Assembly: GCA_963845965.1 (NCBI GenBank)
Contig: CAWJUF010000027.1
Location: 13,942 to 77,941 of the forward strand
Direction: 5' to 3'
DNA: 64,000 bases
DNA from: an uncultured Actinomycetes bacterium
GTDB lineage: Bacteria > Actinomycetota > Thermoleophilia > Gaiellales > Gaiellaceae
Under the pieces are notes generated by a model that was not told the DNA's origin, did not search any database, and saw only the letters and a list, made by a program, of their open reading frames with translations. Within the stretch, counting starts at the first letter, position 1; each line of letters starts with the position of its first letter. Positions 42,411-50,810 of the stretch are shown here, piece by piece. The translations under genes and the position numbers were made by a program.

Positions 42411-42895
42411 TCACCCGTTCCTACGACCCACGGTCACGGAGCTTCGTCTCTCCTAAGAGCCGTTCCGGGAGCCGCCGGGTTCCCATCGCCGCCGTGCTCC
42501 GCGAGCACCTGATCAGCCACCGCCTCCGCAGCGGCCGCTACAGCGGCTTGGTGTTCGGCCCCGACGGAGCGCAGGTGCTCTCCTACAGCGCCTTGCGCGA
42601 CCGAGCGACCCGCGCCTGGGCCACGACCTGTGCGTGTGGCCACCACGCCGACGAGCACCCCGATGCCACCTGCGACACGTTCCAGCCTCTCCAGCGCATC
42701 GGCCTGCATGAAGCCCGTCACACCTTCGCCTCGCTGATGATCGCGGCGCGGGTCAACGTCAAGGCCCTCAGCACCTACATGGGCCACTCGGGCATCTCGA
42801 TCACCCTCGACCGCTACGGCCATCTGATGCCCGGAAACGAGAAGGAGGCGGCGGGCCTGCTCGACACCTACCTCGCCGACGCAACGTCCGGATAG
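42400..42895 (+). pseudogene. tyrosine integrase, C-terminal catalytic fragment
   Basis: PKSRSG.R.VP, LHEARHTFAS, MGHS.I.ITLDRYGHL; N-terminal domains absent. Confidence 0.88.
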
Positions 42896-42970
42896 CCCGA
42901 ACTCTGCGGTCGGTGGCGCACATCCTGGCGCGCACCGGCTGCAAACCGCATGGACAGGCCGCTAGACGGT

Positions 42971-43027
42971 GTCTCGAAAACCGTTAAGGGTGCAAGCTCT
43001 TCGAGGGTTCAAATCCCTCCCCCTCCG
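42971..43027 (+). repeat. attR: duplicated 3' half of tRNA-Ser(CGA)
   Basis: gtctcgaaaaccgttaagggtgcaagctcttcgagggttcaaatccctccccctccg. Confidence 0.95.
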
Positions 43028-43039
43028 CTCTAACCCTGG

Positions 43040-43741
43040 TCACTGCTGCGTCCTTGGGTCGTGCGTGGGGTCGGCGTACATGGGCGGGCACTCGTTATCG
43101 ACGGCCTCGGGACGACGTTCGTAGTGCCACGGTTCGTTGCTGTAGATCTGGCATAGCCCGTATGCGGCGCCGTGCTCGGACAGCCACGCTGTGGCATCGG
43201 AGCGCCCGATGTCGACCGCCTCGCCCGACACGTGAGCAGACGTGTTGGGGGTGGCCACCCATCGGGCAGCTTCCTCTTCTGAGCCGTACTTCAGGATCGC
43301 CTGCTGGAGTAGATGCTCCTGGTACTCCGGCGAACGCCAGCCACTATCGACGAAGAACTCGACCCCGTCGTGCGCGGCATCAGTTGCAGCTTGGCGCAGA
43401 GCAGCGAGCAGAGCCGGCTCGAGGTTGGCTACACCCGAAACCCCGTCATCGAACACCGATGTGCCGTCGCTGACGGCACCGTCAACATCGTCAAGCGCTC
43501 CAGGGTGCTCACTGCGAAGAGGACGGTGCTCGCTGCGAGGGACGCCGATGGGCGACATGGCCGTCGAGGACGAGGACACCATGGAGGACGCTGTCGAGGA
43601 CGAGGACGCCGGCAACTGGTGGCCGAGGGCTGCGGCAATCGCCGCAATGACGGCTAGCAGGCCGGCGGCACGGATCCTGCGAATCCAAATCCGACGCGGC
43701 GTTGGTCGTGCTCGTCTGCTGGAGGTCACGCCTCCAGTCAA
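43040..43741 (-). CDS. vanY: D-Ala-D-Ala carboxypeptidase, M15B (VanY-like)
   Basis: SGWRS..YQ, SAHVSGEAVD (SxHxxGxAxD), EPWH; N-terminal TM. Confidence 0.85.
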   Translation of the reverse strand: MTGGVTSSRRARPTPRRIWIRRIRAAGLLAVIAAIAAALGHQLPASSSSTASSMVSSSSTAMSPIGVPRSEHRPLRSEHPGALDDVDGAVSDGTSVFDDGVSGVANLEPALLAALRQAATDAAHDGVEFFVDSGWRSPEYQEHLLQQAILKYGSEEEAARWVATPNTSAHVSGEAVDIGRSDATAWLSEHGAAYGLCQIYSNEPWHYERRPEAVDNECPPMYADPTHDPRTQQ

Positions 43742-43775
43742 CGCGGCGCGGCGTTGCCGGCACGTATGTGGTTTT

Positions 43776-43808
43776 CGATATGCCGACGATATGCGCCGGC
43801 TCTAGCAT
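43776..43808 (+). promoter_or_regulatory. OmpR-type direct repeats and leaderless -10 box
   Basis: cgatatgc-cga-cgatatgc (11-bp period) then TAGCAT-N6-GTG. Confidence 0.6.
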
Positions 43809-43814
43809 CGGAGC

Positions 43815-44510
43815 GTGCGTGTGTTGATCGTCGAGGACGAGCCCTTTATGGCGGACGCCATCCGCGATGGCCTGCGCCTGGAAGCGATCGCGGCCGACAT
43901 CGCAGGTGACGGCGACACCGCCCTGGAGCTGCTGAGCGTCAACGCCTACGACATCGCCGTCCTCGACCGTGACATTCCCGGACCCACCGGCGACGAGCTC
44001 GCCGAACGCATCGTCGCCTCCGGCAGCGGCATGCCGATCCTCATGCTCACCGCCGCCGACCGTCTCGACGACAAGGCCACCGGGTTCGAGCTCGGCGCCG
44101 ACGACTACCTCACGAAGCCGTTCGAACTCCGAGAGCTCGTGCTCCGTCTCCGAGCGCTCGACCGCAGGCGCGCCCACAACCGGCCGCCTGTGCGAGAGAT
44201 CGCAGGTCTGCGCGTGGATCCATTCCGGCGAGAGGTCTACCGCGACGACCGCTACGTCGCGCTGACCCGGAAGCAGTTCGCAGTGCTCGAAGTCCTCGTC
44301 GCTGCCGAGGGCGGCGTCGTGAGCGCCGAAGAACTCCTCGCGCGAGCATGGGACGAGAACGCAGACCCGTTTACCAACGCCGTGCGCATCACCGTCTCGG
44401 CACTGCGCAAACGCCTTGGCGAGCCCTGGATCATCGCCACCGTCGCCGGCGTCGGATACCGCATCGACGCGCAACCAGACACCGGGCGTGAGGGAGGAGA
44501 CCGTGGATAG
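43815..44510 (+). CDS. vanR: response regulator, actinomycete VanR-type
   Basis: MRVLIVEDEP...RDGLRLEAIAADIAGDGDTALELL...AWDENADPFTNAVRITVSALRKRLGEP, recalled as closely resembling Streptomyces VanR. Confidence 0.88.
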   Translation: MRVLIVEDEPFMADAIRDGLRLEAIAADIAGDGDTALELLSVNAYDIAVLDRDIPGPTGDELAERIVASGSGMPILMLTAADRLDDKATGFELGADDYLTKPFELRELVLRLRALDRRRAHNRPPVREIAGLRVDPFRREVYRDDRYVALTRKQFAVLEVLVAAEGGVVSAEELLARAWDENADPFTNAVRITVSALRKRLGEPWIIATVAGVGYRIDAQPDTGREGGDRG

Positions 44511-45594
44511 AGCCCCTGGGTTGAGCGTTCGCCTCAAGCTCACCCTCAGCTACGCCGGCTTCCTCATGCTCGCAGGTGCCGTGCTGCTCGCCGTCGGGTA
44601 CTTCTCCCTTTCGCGTGGTGTGCACCCTGGTGTGATCTTCGTGGTGCGCAGCCACGCCGACCTCCTGCGCGCTTTCGCTCCGACCGCGGGCATCGTGATG
44701 GCGTTCCTGCTCGTATTCGGTCTGCTGGGAGGGTGGCTCCTCGCCGGGCGCATGCTCGCCCCGCTGACGCGCATCACAGACGCCACACGCACGGCCGCGA
44801 GCGGGTCACTCTCGCACCGGATCGAGTTGGAAGGCCATCAGGACGAGTTCCGCGAACTCGCCGACGCCTTCGACACCATGCTCGCCCGGCTCGAAGCGCA
44901 CGTAGCCGAACAGCAGAGATTCGCGGCCAATGCTTCCCACGAGCTGCGCACCCCGCTGGCGATCACGCAGACCCTTCTCGACGCGGCCCGCAACGATCCC
45001 AACCGCGACAACGGCGAGCTCGACGAACGCCTCCGCGCCGTCAACACCCGAGCGATCGACCTCACCGAAGCACTGCTGCTACTCAGCCGCGCCGACCAAC
45101 GGTCGTTCACTCGACAGCACGTCGACTTGTCCCTCATAGCGGAAGAAGCCACCGAAACGCTCCTTCCCCTCGCGGAAAAGCGTGGCCTCACCATCGAGAC
45201 CTCCGGCGACGCGACGCTGACCATCGGCTCACACGCGCTCCTGCTGCAGCTGGCTACGAACCTCGTACAGAACGCGATCGTCCACAACCTGCCCGAACAG
45301 GGCGCCGTGTGGGTCACGACCAGCGTCCAGCCCAAGGGTGTGGTGCTCACCGTCGAGAACACCGGCAACAACCTCACCCCACAGCTTGTTGCCACGCTTG
45401 CCGAGCCGTTTCAGCGCGGCACCGAACGCATCCGCAGCGACGACGCAGGTGTCGGTGTCGGGCTCGGCTTGGCAATCGTCAAGAACATCACCCGAGCACA
45501 CGACGGAATCCTCACCCTGACTCCCCGGGCCGCCGGCGGGCTCCGCGTCACGGTGCAACTAGCCGCCGCGCCGCGCAGACCGGCCCAGAACTGA
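44503..45594 (+). CDS. vanS: sensor histidine kinase, actinomycete VanS-type
   Basis: MDRAPGLSVRLKLTLSYAGFL, HAMP, FAANASHELRTPLA, GLGLAIV. Confidence 0.88.
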   Translation: MDRAPGLSVRLKLTLSYAGFLMLAGAVLLAVGYFSLSRGVHPGVIFVVRSHADLLRAFAPTAGIVMAFLLVFGLLGGWLLAGRMLAPLTRITDATRTAASGSLSHRIELEGHQDEFRELADAFDTMLARLEAHVAEQQRFAANASHELRTPLAITQTLLDAARNDPNRDNGELDERLRAVNTRAIDLTEALLLLSRADQRSFTRQHVDLSLIAEEATETLLPLAEKRGLTIETSGDATLTIGSHALLLQLATNLVQNAIVHNLPEQGAVWVTTSVQPKGVVLTVENTGNNLTPQLVATLAEPFQRGTERIRSDDAGVGVGLGLAIVKNITRAHDGILTLTPRAAGGLRVTVQLAAAPRRPAQN

Positions 45595-45654
45595 AAAGCA
45601 GCCGACGAGGCACAAGTCCATCACCCCGGCCCGCCGAGACGAATGGATCCTCCA

Positions 45655-45714
45655 AAATCCCTCCCCCTTCGTCAGGACGCACGCCGGATCCCGCATGACG
45701 AGCGGGATGCCGGC
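45655..45714 (+). repeat. degenerate third copy of the tRNA-Ser(CGA) 3' end plus att hairpin
   Basis: aaatccctcccccttcgtcag...gccggatcccgcatgacgagcgggatgccggc versus 38987-39046. Confidence 0.8.
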
Positions 45715-45759
45715 GTGCAGACTCGGTTTCGCCGACGGTCGGCTTCATCGCCGGCCCTG

Positions 45760-46344
45760 ATGAGTCACACTTCCGAGATGGCCACCGGCCTGAAAGTCGG
45801 CGGCGACGTCGAACAGGCTCTGGAGAGCGTCGGCGTCCCGAGCTATGTCCTCGACAACATGGGAGTCGTCCGGTGGATCAACGCGGCAGCCGAGCGGCTG
45901 CTCGGCGACATCCGCGGTCGCCATTTCACCTCCGTCGTCGCGCCCGAGGACAGCCGCCGCGCCCGCGAGCTGTTCGCCCAGAAGATGCTCGGCACCTCCC
46001 CTGCCACAGAGGCGACCGGCGTCCTGGTTTCGACCGCCGGCAAGCGGGTGGCCGTGGAGCTCAGCGGGGTGGCACTCAAGAACGGCGAACAGGTGGTCGG
46101 CGTCTTCGGGCTGATCGAGGGACGCCCCGACACCAGCCCCGCAGCGCCACCCCCGCATCTCACCCCCCGTCAGGTCGAGGTGCTCCATCTCCTGGAGCAG
46201 GGATGCTCGACGAAGCAGATCGCCGCCGAGCTCCACCTGAGCACCGAGACGGTCAGAAACCACATCCGGCGTCTCTTCCGTGCGCTCGACGTCAACTCCC
46301 GACTCGAAGCCGTCGCCGCCGCCCGGGCGCGACCCGCCGCGTAA
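45760..46344 (+). CDS. PAS + LuxR HTH transcriptional regulator
   Basis: WINAAAERLLG PAS; LTPRQVEVL...IAAELHLSTETVRNH. Confidence 0.85.
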   Translation: MSHTSEMATGLKVGGDVEQALESVGVPSYVLDNMGVVRWINAAAERLLGDIRGRHFTSVVAPEDSRRARELFAQKMLGTSPATEATGVLVSTAGKRVAVELSGVALKNGEQVVGVFGLIEGRPDTSPAAPPPHLTPRQVEVLHLLEQGCSTKQIAAELHLSTETVRNHIRRLFRALDVNSRLEAVAAARARPAA

Positions 46345-46373
46345 GCGCACAGGCTTGGGTCACGTGTCCGGCG

Positions 46374-47099
46374 TCAGCCGCCGGCGAGCGCACGGTCGAG
46401 TGCAGCGGCCGTCTCGGGGCCGACCCTGCCGTCGACGGCGAGACCGTTCGCCTCCTGGAACGCGACCACGGCCGCCTCCGTCTGCTGACCGAAGGTGCCG
46501 TCCGCCGGCCCGGGCTCGTATCCGGCCGCGGAAAGTGCCTGCTGGAGCTCGCGGATCAGGGCGGCATCGCCTTCGCCGCGCTGAAGCTTCGTCCCCTCGG
46601 GGAGCGTGAAGGTGGAGGCGCCGCTCGTCGACGGCGTTGTGGTCGTGGGGCTCGAAGTCGTGGGCGTGGTGGGCGCCGGCGATGGCGACGGCCCGGTCTC
46701 CGTGACCGCGGGCGACGTGACGGTCTCGGGGGCGGGTGTCACCGGCGTCTCTTCACCCCCGCGGAGGAGAACCACCGCCATCACGCCCGCAAGTCCGACG
46801 ACCGCCACGAGCACGAGCCCGGCGATCAGGCGCCGCCGCCCGACGACCGCGCGGTCGGCGCCGGCGGCTCCCGGCCGAGCGGGCACGGGTCGTTTCGCAC
46901 GATCATCGAGCCAGGGCTCGCCCTCGGCAGCGGGGAGCTCCTGAGAGGCGGGTGGGACAGGTCGGCGCCCCTCCGACTCCATCTGCGGGGGGCCCCAGTC
47001 GTCGTCCGAGATATCGCCGAGCCAGTCGTCGTCCGGGTGCTCGCGTCCCTGCGACCCGGCCGCGTGGCCCGAAGATCCTCGGGGACGTGTCTCGTTCAC
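46374..47099 (-). CDS. membrane protein with C-terminal peptidoglycan-binding domain
   Basis: TM, Thr/Pro linker, LQQAL...ADGTFG..TEAAV.AFQ..NGL.VDG.VGPET. Confidence 0.8.
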   Translation of the reverse strand: MNETRPRGSSGHAAGSQGREHPDDDWLGDISDDDWGPPQMESEGRRPVPPASQELPAAEGEPWLDDRAKRPVPARPGAAGADRAVVGRRRLIAGLVLVAVVGLAGVMAVVLLRGGEETPVTPAPETVTSPAVTETGPSPSPAPTTPTTSSPTTTTPSTSGASTFTLPEGTKLQRGEGDAALIRELQQALSAAGYEPGPADGTFGQQTEAAVVAFQEANGLAVDGRVGPETAAALDRALAGG

Positions 47100-47160
47100 A
47101 CGAGGAACGCTACGCTCCCCTTCGGCGGGTCTGCGTCGCCTAGGCTCTCCGGAGCGTTCG

Positions 47161-48177
47161 ATGCACTCGCGACTCCGGCTCACACGACGGCAGATCCTGG
47201 CGTTCCGGCGACGGGTCGGCGGCCTCGACCAGCGGATGCCGGAGGGCGCCGCGTCGCTGCGTCGGGCAGCGTGGGCGGGATTGCAGGACAGCATGCCGCG
47301 AGCTGCGCTGCTCACGCTGCACGCGCGCATCGACGGGGTCGAGCCGTCGACGTGGGAGGACCCCTCGCTCGCCCAGCTGTGGGGCCCTCGTTACAGCGCG
47401 TATGTCGTCGCCGAGCGCGACTTCGCTCTGTTCTCGCTGGGGAGGCTGCCCGACGACGCCAGAGGCCGCCTGCGGGCAGAGCGCATGGCCGAGCGGCTCC
47501 ACGCCCACCTCGGCGGCGCGCGCATGACGGACCGCGAGGCCGGGCGCGCGCTCGCCCTCGGCAACTCGATCAGGTACGCCGCGACGACCGGCACGGTCGC
47601 GATCCGCTGGGACGGCGCGCGGGCGCCGACGATCTGGACGGTCCCCGCTCCGGACATCGACCCGGCCGATGCACGCCGCGAGCTGGCCCGCCGCCACCTG
47701 CACGTCTTCGGGCCGACGACGGCCGACGGATTCGCCCGCTGGGCGGGGATCTCGCGGCGCGCTGGAGCCGCCGCCTACGCCTCTCTCGAGGAAGAGCTTC
47801 TGCCGATCCGATCGCCGCTCGGCGACGAGTGGCTGCTCGCAGGCGACGAGCCGGCGATGCGCGCCGCCGAGACGGCCGCCGCAGCCGCGCGCCTGCTGCC
47901 GAGCGGCGACGCCTATTTCCTCCTCGACGGTGCCGAGCGGAAGCTTCTCGTCCCGCGCGAGGAGCAACGGCAACAGCTCTGGACGTCCCGCGTGTGGCCG
48001 GGCGCACTCCTGGTCGACGGCGAGATTCGCGGAACCTGGCGGCGCGCGCAGCACACGGTGCGCGTCGAGGCGTGGGCGCGCCTGTCTCGCGGAGTGCGCG
48101 ACGCGATCGAGGCAGAGGCGAGCGCCCTGCCGCTTCCGGGCCTCGATCGGCAGATCGAGGTTGCCTGGAACAGGTGA
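47161..48177 (+). CDS. HTH_42 winged-helix DNA glycosylase-like protein
   Basis: AGLQDS, RRHLHVFGP, RLLP.GD.Y, LVDGEIRGTW. Confidence 0.8.
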   Translation: MHSRLRLTRRQILAFRRRVGGLDQRMPEGAASLRRAAWAGLQDSMPRAALLTLHARIDGVEPSTWEDPSLAQLWGPRYSAYVVAERDFALFSLGRLPDDARGRLRAERMAERLHAHLGGARMTDREAGRALALGNSIRYAATTGTVAIRWDGARAPTIWTVPAPDIDPADARRELARRHLHVFGPTTADGFARWAGISRRAGAAAYASLEEELLPIRSPLGDEWLLAGDEPAMRAAETAAAAARLLPSGDAYFLLDGAERKLLVPREEQRQQLWTSRVWPGALLVDGEIRGTWRRAQHTVRVEAWARLSRGVRDAIEAEASALPLPGLDRQIEVAWNR

Positions 48178-49170
48178 GCACCGGCGGCCACGACCGGCGG
48201 TCGTTCTTCCGGGAGCTGCTCCGCGGCGCCTCGCGCGCCGCCGAGGAGATGGGGACGCTGCGCCGCGCCGCCGACGAGGCGGTGCGACAGTCGGCCGGGA
48301 TCGACGATGGCATGGAGGCCGCGTGGCACCCGACTCCGGCGGAGCCGACGACGCACCTCGCGAGCCTCGACGAGCTGCGGGCGCTGTGCGCCGAGGTCGG
48401 CCGCGAGGCATGGGCCGACGAGGCCGCGTCGCTCGCGCGCACGGGCTTCCGGCTCACGCCCGGCGGCGACGGCAGCTCCTGGCTCGGCGGAACCCCCCGG
48501 GCGTCGACCTTCGAATGGCCGGTCTGGGACGGAGTCGAGCTTGCCTTCCTCGGCAGGATCGGGCTCGCGGGTCTCCCGCCCTGCGGGCTGCCGGCGCACG
48601 GCGCGCTGCTCGTCTTCTTCGCCCTCGACCAGGCCCCGGCGGGCACGCGGCCGGCCGACGCCGGAGCCTGCCGGGTGATCCACGTCGAGGACGACCCGAC
48701 GCCGGACGAGCCGTTGTACGGCGGCATGCCGTTCGCGGCGGTGACACCGTCGGGCGAGCTGACGCTCCCTGCGACCCCGACGTCGCTCCCGCTCGACGCA
48801 CTCGAGCTCGAGGAGTGGACGGAACTTCGAGAGCGGCTCGCCGCTGTCCAGGGCGTCGAGATCGAGGACCGCGCGGACGCGTACCACGCCCTGCACCGCC
48901 TCCTCGGCCATCCCGACACCTACGCCGCCGGGATGGAGCTCGACGCCGAGCTCGTCGCGCGCGGGATCGACCTCGACGACGAGCCATTCGCCTACGACCT
49001 CCACGAGGAGCAGGCGGCCGGTGCGGACGACTGGATCCTGCTGCTCCAGGTCTCGAACGACGACGCGGCTGGCACTCGATCTCGGCGAGGCCAACCGCCT
49101 CTTCGTCTGGATCCGCCCCGACGACCTGGCAGCGGGTCGCTTCGAGCACACGCGCGCCTTCGTGCGCTGA
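48174..49170 (+). CDS. DUF1963/YwqG-family protein (frameshifted)
   Basis: SWLGG.P, LAFLGRI, LP..G.LLVFF, HRLLGHP, W.LLLQV. Confidence 0.75.
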
Positions 49171-49173
49171 CGC

Positions 49174-49833
49174 TCACCCGTCGCGGAACCGCGCGACGCA
49201 CGCGGCGGCGAGCTCCTCCCAGCGCGCTGCGCGCGGCAACGTGACGAGCCGCCCTCCCGGCCTGCGCAGCGCCATGCCGTGCACCGCGCCCGCGATGACG
49301 GTGTATGTCCCCTCGACGCCGAGACCCTTCGCTCGCTCGAAGCCGCGCCGCGAGAGCGACGGGCTGACGCCTGGGATCCCCGGGAGCCAGCGGTCGAGCG
49401 CACCGTGCACGACGTCGAGCCGGCGGCCCGCGAGCGGCGCGAGGTCGAGTTGGTCAGGCAGCCACGGCGCCAGGCCCAGCACGCCGGCAACCGACGGATC
49501 CGACGCGGCCCGCACCGAGACGGCGCCTCCCATCGAGAAGCCCACGAGCAGGACGCGCTCGGCGCCGGTCGCCTCGATCGCGGCGACCGCGTCCTCCACA
49601 CACCAGTCGAGCCGTTTCCAGGACTTGACGCGGTAGCGCACCTCGACGAAGCGCAGGTCCGGAAAGCGCAGGGCCAGACGACCGACGAGCCACTCGATCG
49701 ACGCGCTCCACGTCCCCGGCACCTCCGATCCTTGACCGCCGTTCACGCAGACGGCGGCGAGACCGCCGTCCGGGCCGGTAGAGCGAGCCTCGGCGCCCGT
49801 CGCGAGACGATTCAGGGCGGATGCCGCCGACAC
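49174..49833 (-). CDS. alpha/beta hydrolase
   Basis: GFSMGG, LAPW, VHG..D, H near C-terminus. Confidence 0.75.
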   Translation of the reverse strand: MSAASALNRLATGAEARSTGPDGGLAAVCVNGGQGSEVPGTWSASIEWLVGRLALRFPDLRFVEVRYRVKSWKRLDWCVEDAVAAIEATGAERVLLVGFSMGGAVSVRAASDPSVAGVLGLAPWLPDQLDLAPLAGRRLDVVHGALDRWLPGIPGVSPSLSRRGFERAKGLGVEGTYTVIAGAVHGMALRRPGGRLVTLPRAARWEELAAACVARFRDG

Positions 49834-49904
49834 GCGCCGAACGCTATCGCCGCATCGTCACGACGCGGGGGCTCCGTCCGTCCGGCGCTAGTCTTGTCGC
49901 TCTC

Positions 49905-49993
49905 GGAGAGGTGTCCGAGTGGCCTAAGGAGCGCGACTGGAAATCGCGTACGTGGTGAAAGCTGCGTCGCGGGTTCAAATCCCGCCCTCTCCG
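49905..49993 (+). tRNA. tRNA-Ser(GGA)
   Basis: GGAGAGG/CCTCTCC acceptor, cgcga-CTGGAAA-tcgcg, long variable arm. Confidence 0.95.
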
Positions 49994-49998
49994 TGCGA

Positions 49999-50099
49999 CG
50001 TGGGGGAACCCATGGTTCCCCCACGAACCCCCTCCTTCGACGCTGTTCACGGACGAACGAACGGTGGCCTCCCGGCCGGCAAAGCCGGCCTCCGGCCGC
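49999..50099 (+). repeat. dispersed REP-like repeat, copy 2
   Basis: cgtgggggaacc-cat-ggttcccccacg hairpin plus tggcctcccggccggcaaagccggcctccggccgc. Confidence 0.75.
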
Positions 50100-50212
50100 A
50101 ACGCTACGCTCATCGACCACCGAGGTCGCTTCCCGAGCCTGCGCCGCTCGATCGTGTTCGAACGTCGTTCCACGGGGCGTGGCCGCAGCCTCGCCTCTCT
50201 TCCGGACGCGGC

Positions 50213-50731
50213 CTACGAGTTGCCGGCGACCGACGAGACGTACGCCGCGACGTCCTGGATCTGCTGCTCGGTGAGCTGTCCCTCGAAAGGCGGCATCGCG
50301 CCGGCGCCATGGGTCACGCGCGTGACGACGAGAGTCGCCGGCGGCTTCGCCTCGTCGAGGTTCGGGCCGACCGTGCCCGTCGCTCCGGCGTCCGCGAGCG
50401 TGTGGCACGCCACGCAACCCGCGCTCTCGAACACCTCCTTGCCGGCGGCGGCGTCACCGGCCGGAGCCGGCGTCTCGCCCGTCGTCCCGCCGCTCGCCTC
50501 CTCCGACGTGTGTTCCTCCTCGACCTCCTGCGTGCCGGTCACCCAGACGACTGCGCTCATCTGCGCGATGAAGAGGAGCGCCGACACGACGATGTACGCG
50601 TCCAGGCGCTTCGGGAAGCCTTCGCTTCGCTTCGGAACGAAGATTGCCGTGATGATCGCCCACCCGATGAAGGTGATCGCGACGACGAGCAGCACCGTTT
50701 TTCCGAGGCCCGTGATCGCTGCGACCGGCAT
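50213..50731 (-). CDS. membrane-anchored c-type cytochrome
   Basis: Two TM helices, CVACH, GPNLD, GAMP. Confidence 0.88.
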   Translation of the reverse strand: MPVAAITGLGKTVLLVVAITFIGWAIITAIFVPKRSEGFPKRLDAYIVVSALLFIAQMSAVVWVTGTQEVEEEHTSEEASGGTTGETPAPAGDAAAGKEVFESAGCVACHTLADAGATGTVGPNLDEAKPPATLVVTRVTHGAGAMPPFEGQLTEQQIQDVAAYVSSVAGNS

Positions 50732-50810
50732 CGCGCGGACGCTACCACGCTACTCCTGGGGGCGATCCGACGATCGACAGGCTCGCTAAATGTGAATAGG
50801 GTTTGCATTC

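Larger units (their letters stand above)
38947..43027. mobile_element. integrative element at tRNA-Ser(CGA) bounded by a 57-bp direct repeat
   Basis: 38947-39003 identical to 42971-43027; tyrosine integrase fragment next to the right att. Confidence 0.9.

Noticed and set aside
42971-43027. Additional functional tRNA-Ser
   Set aside because: Lacks the 5' acceptor strand and D arm; it is the att duplication.
45873-49244. Very long ORFs in the track (1123, 988, 848, 790, 768, 763, 715 aa)
   Set aside because: Shadow frames of high-GC DNA or chimeras of adjacent genes; Arg/Pro-rich with no coherent domain.
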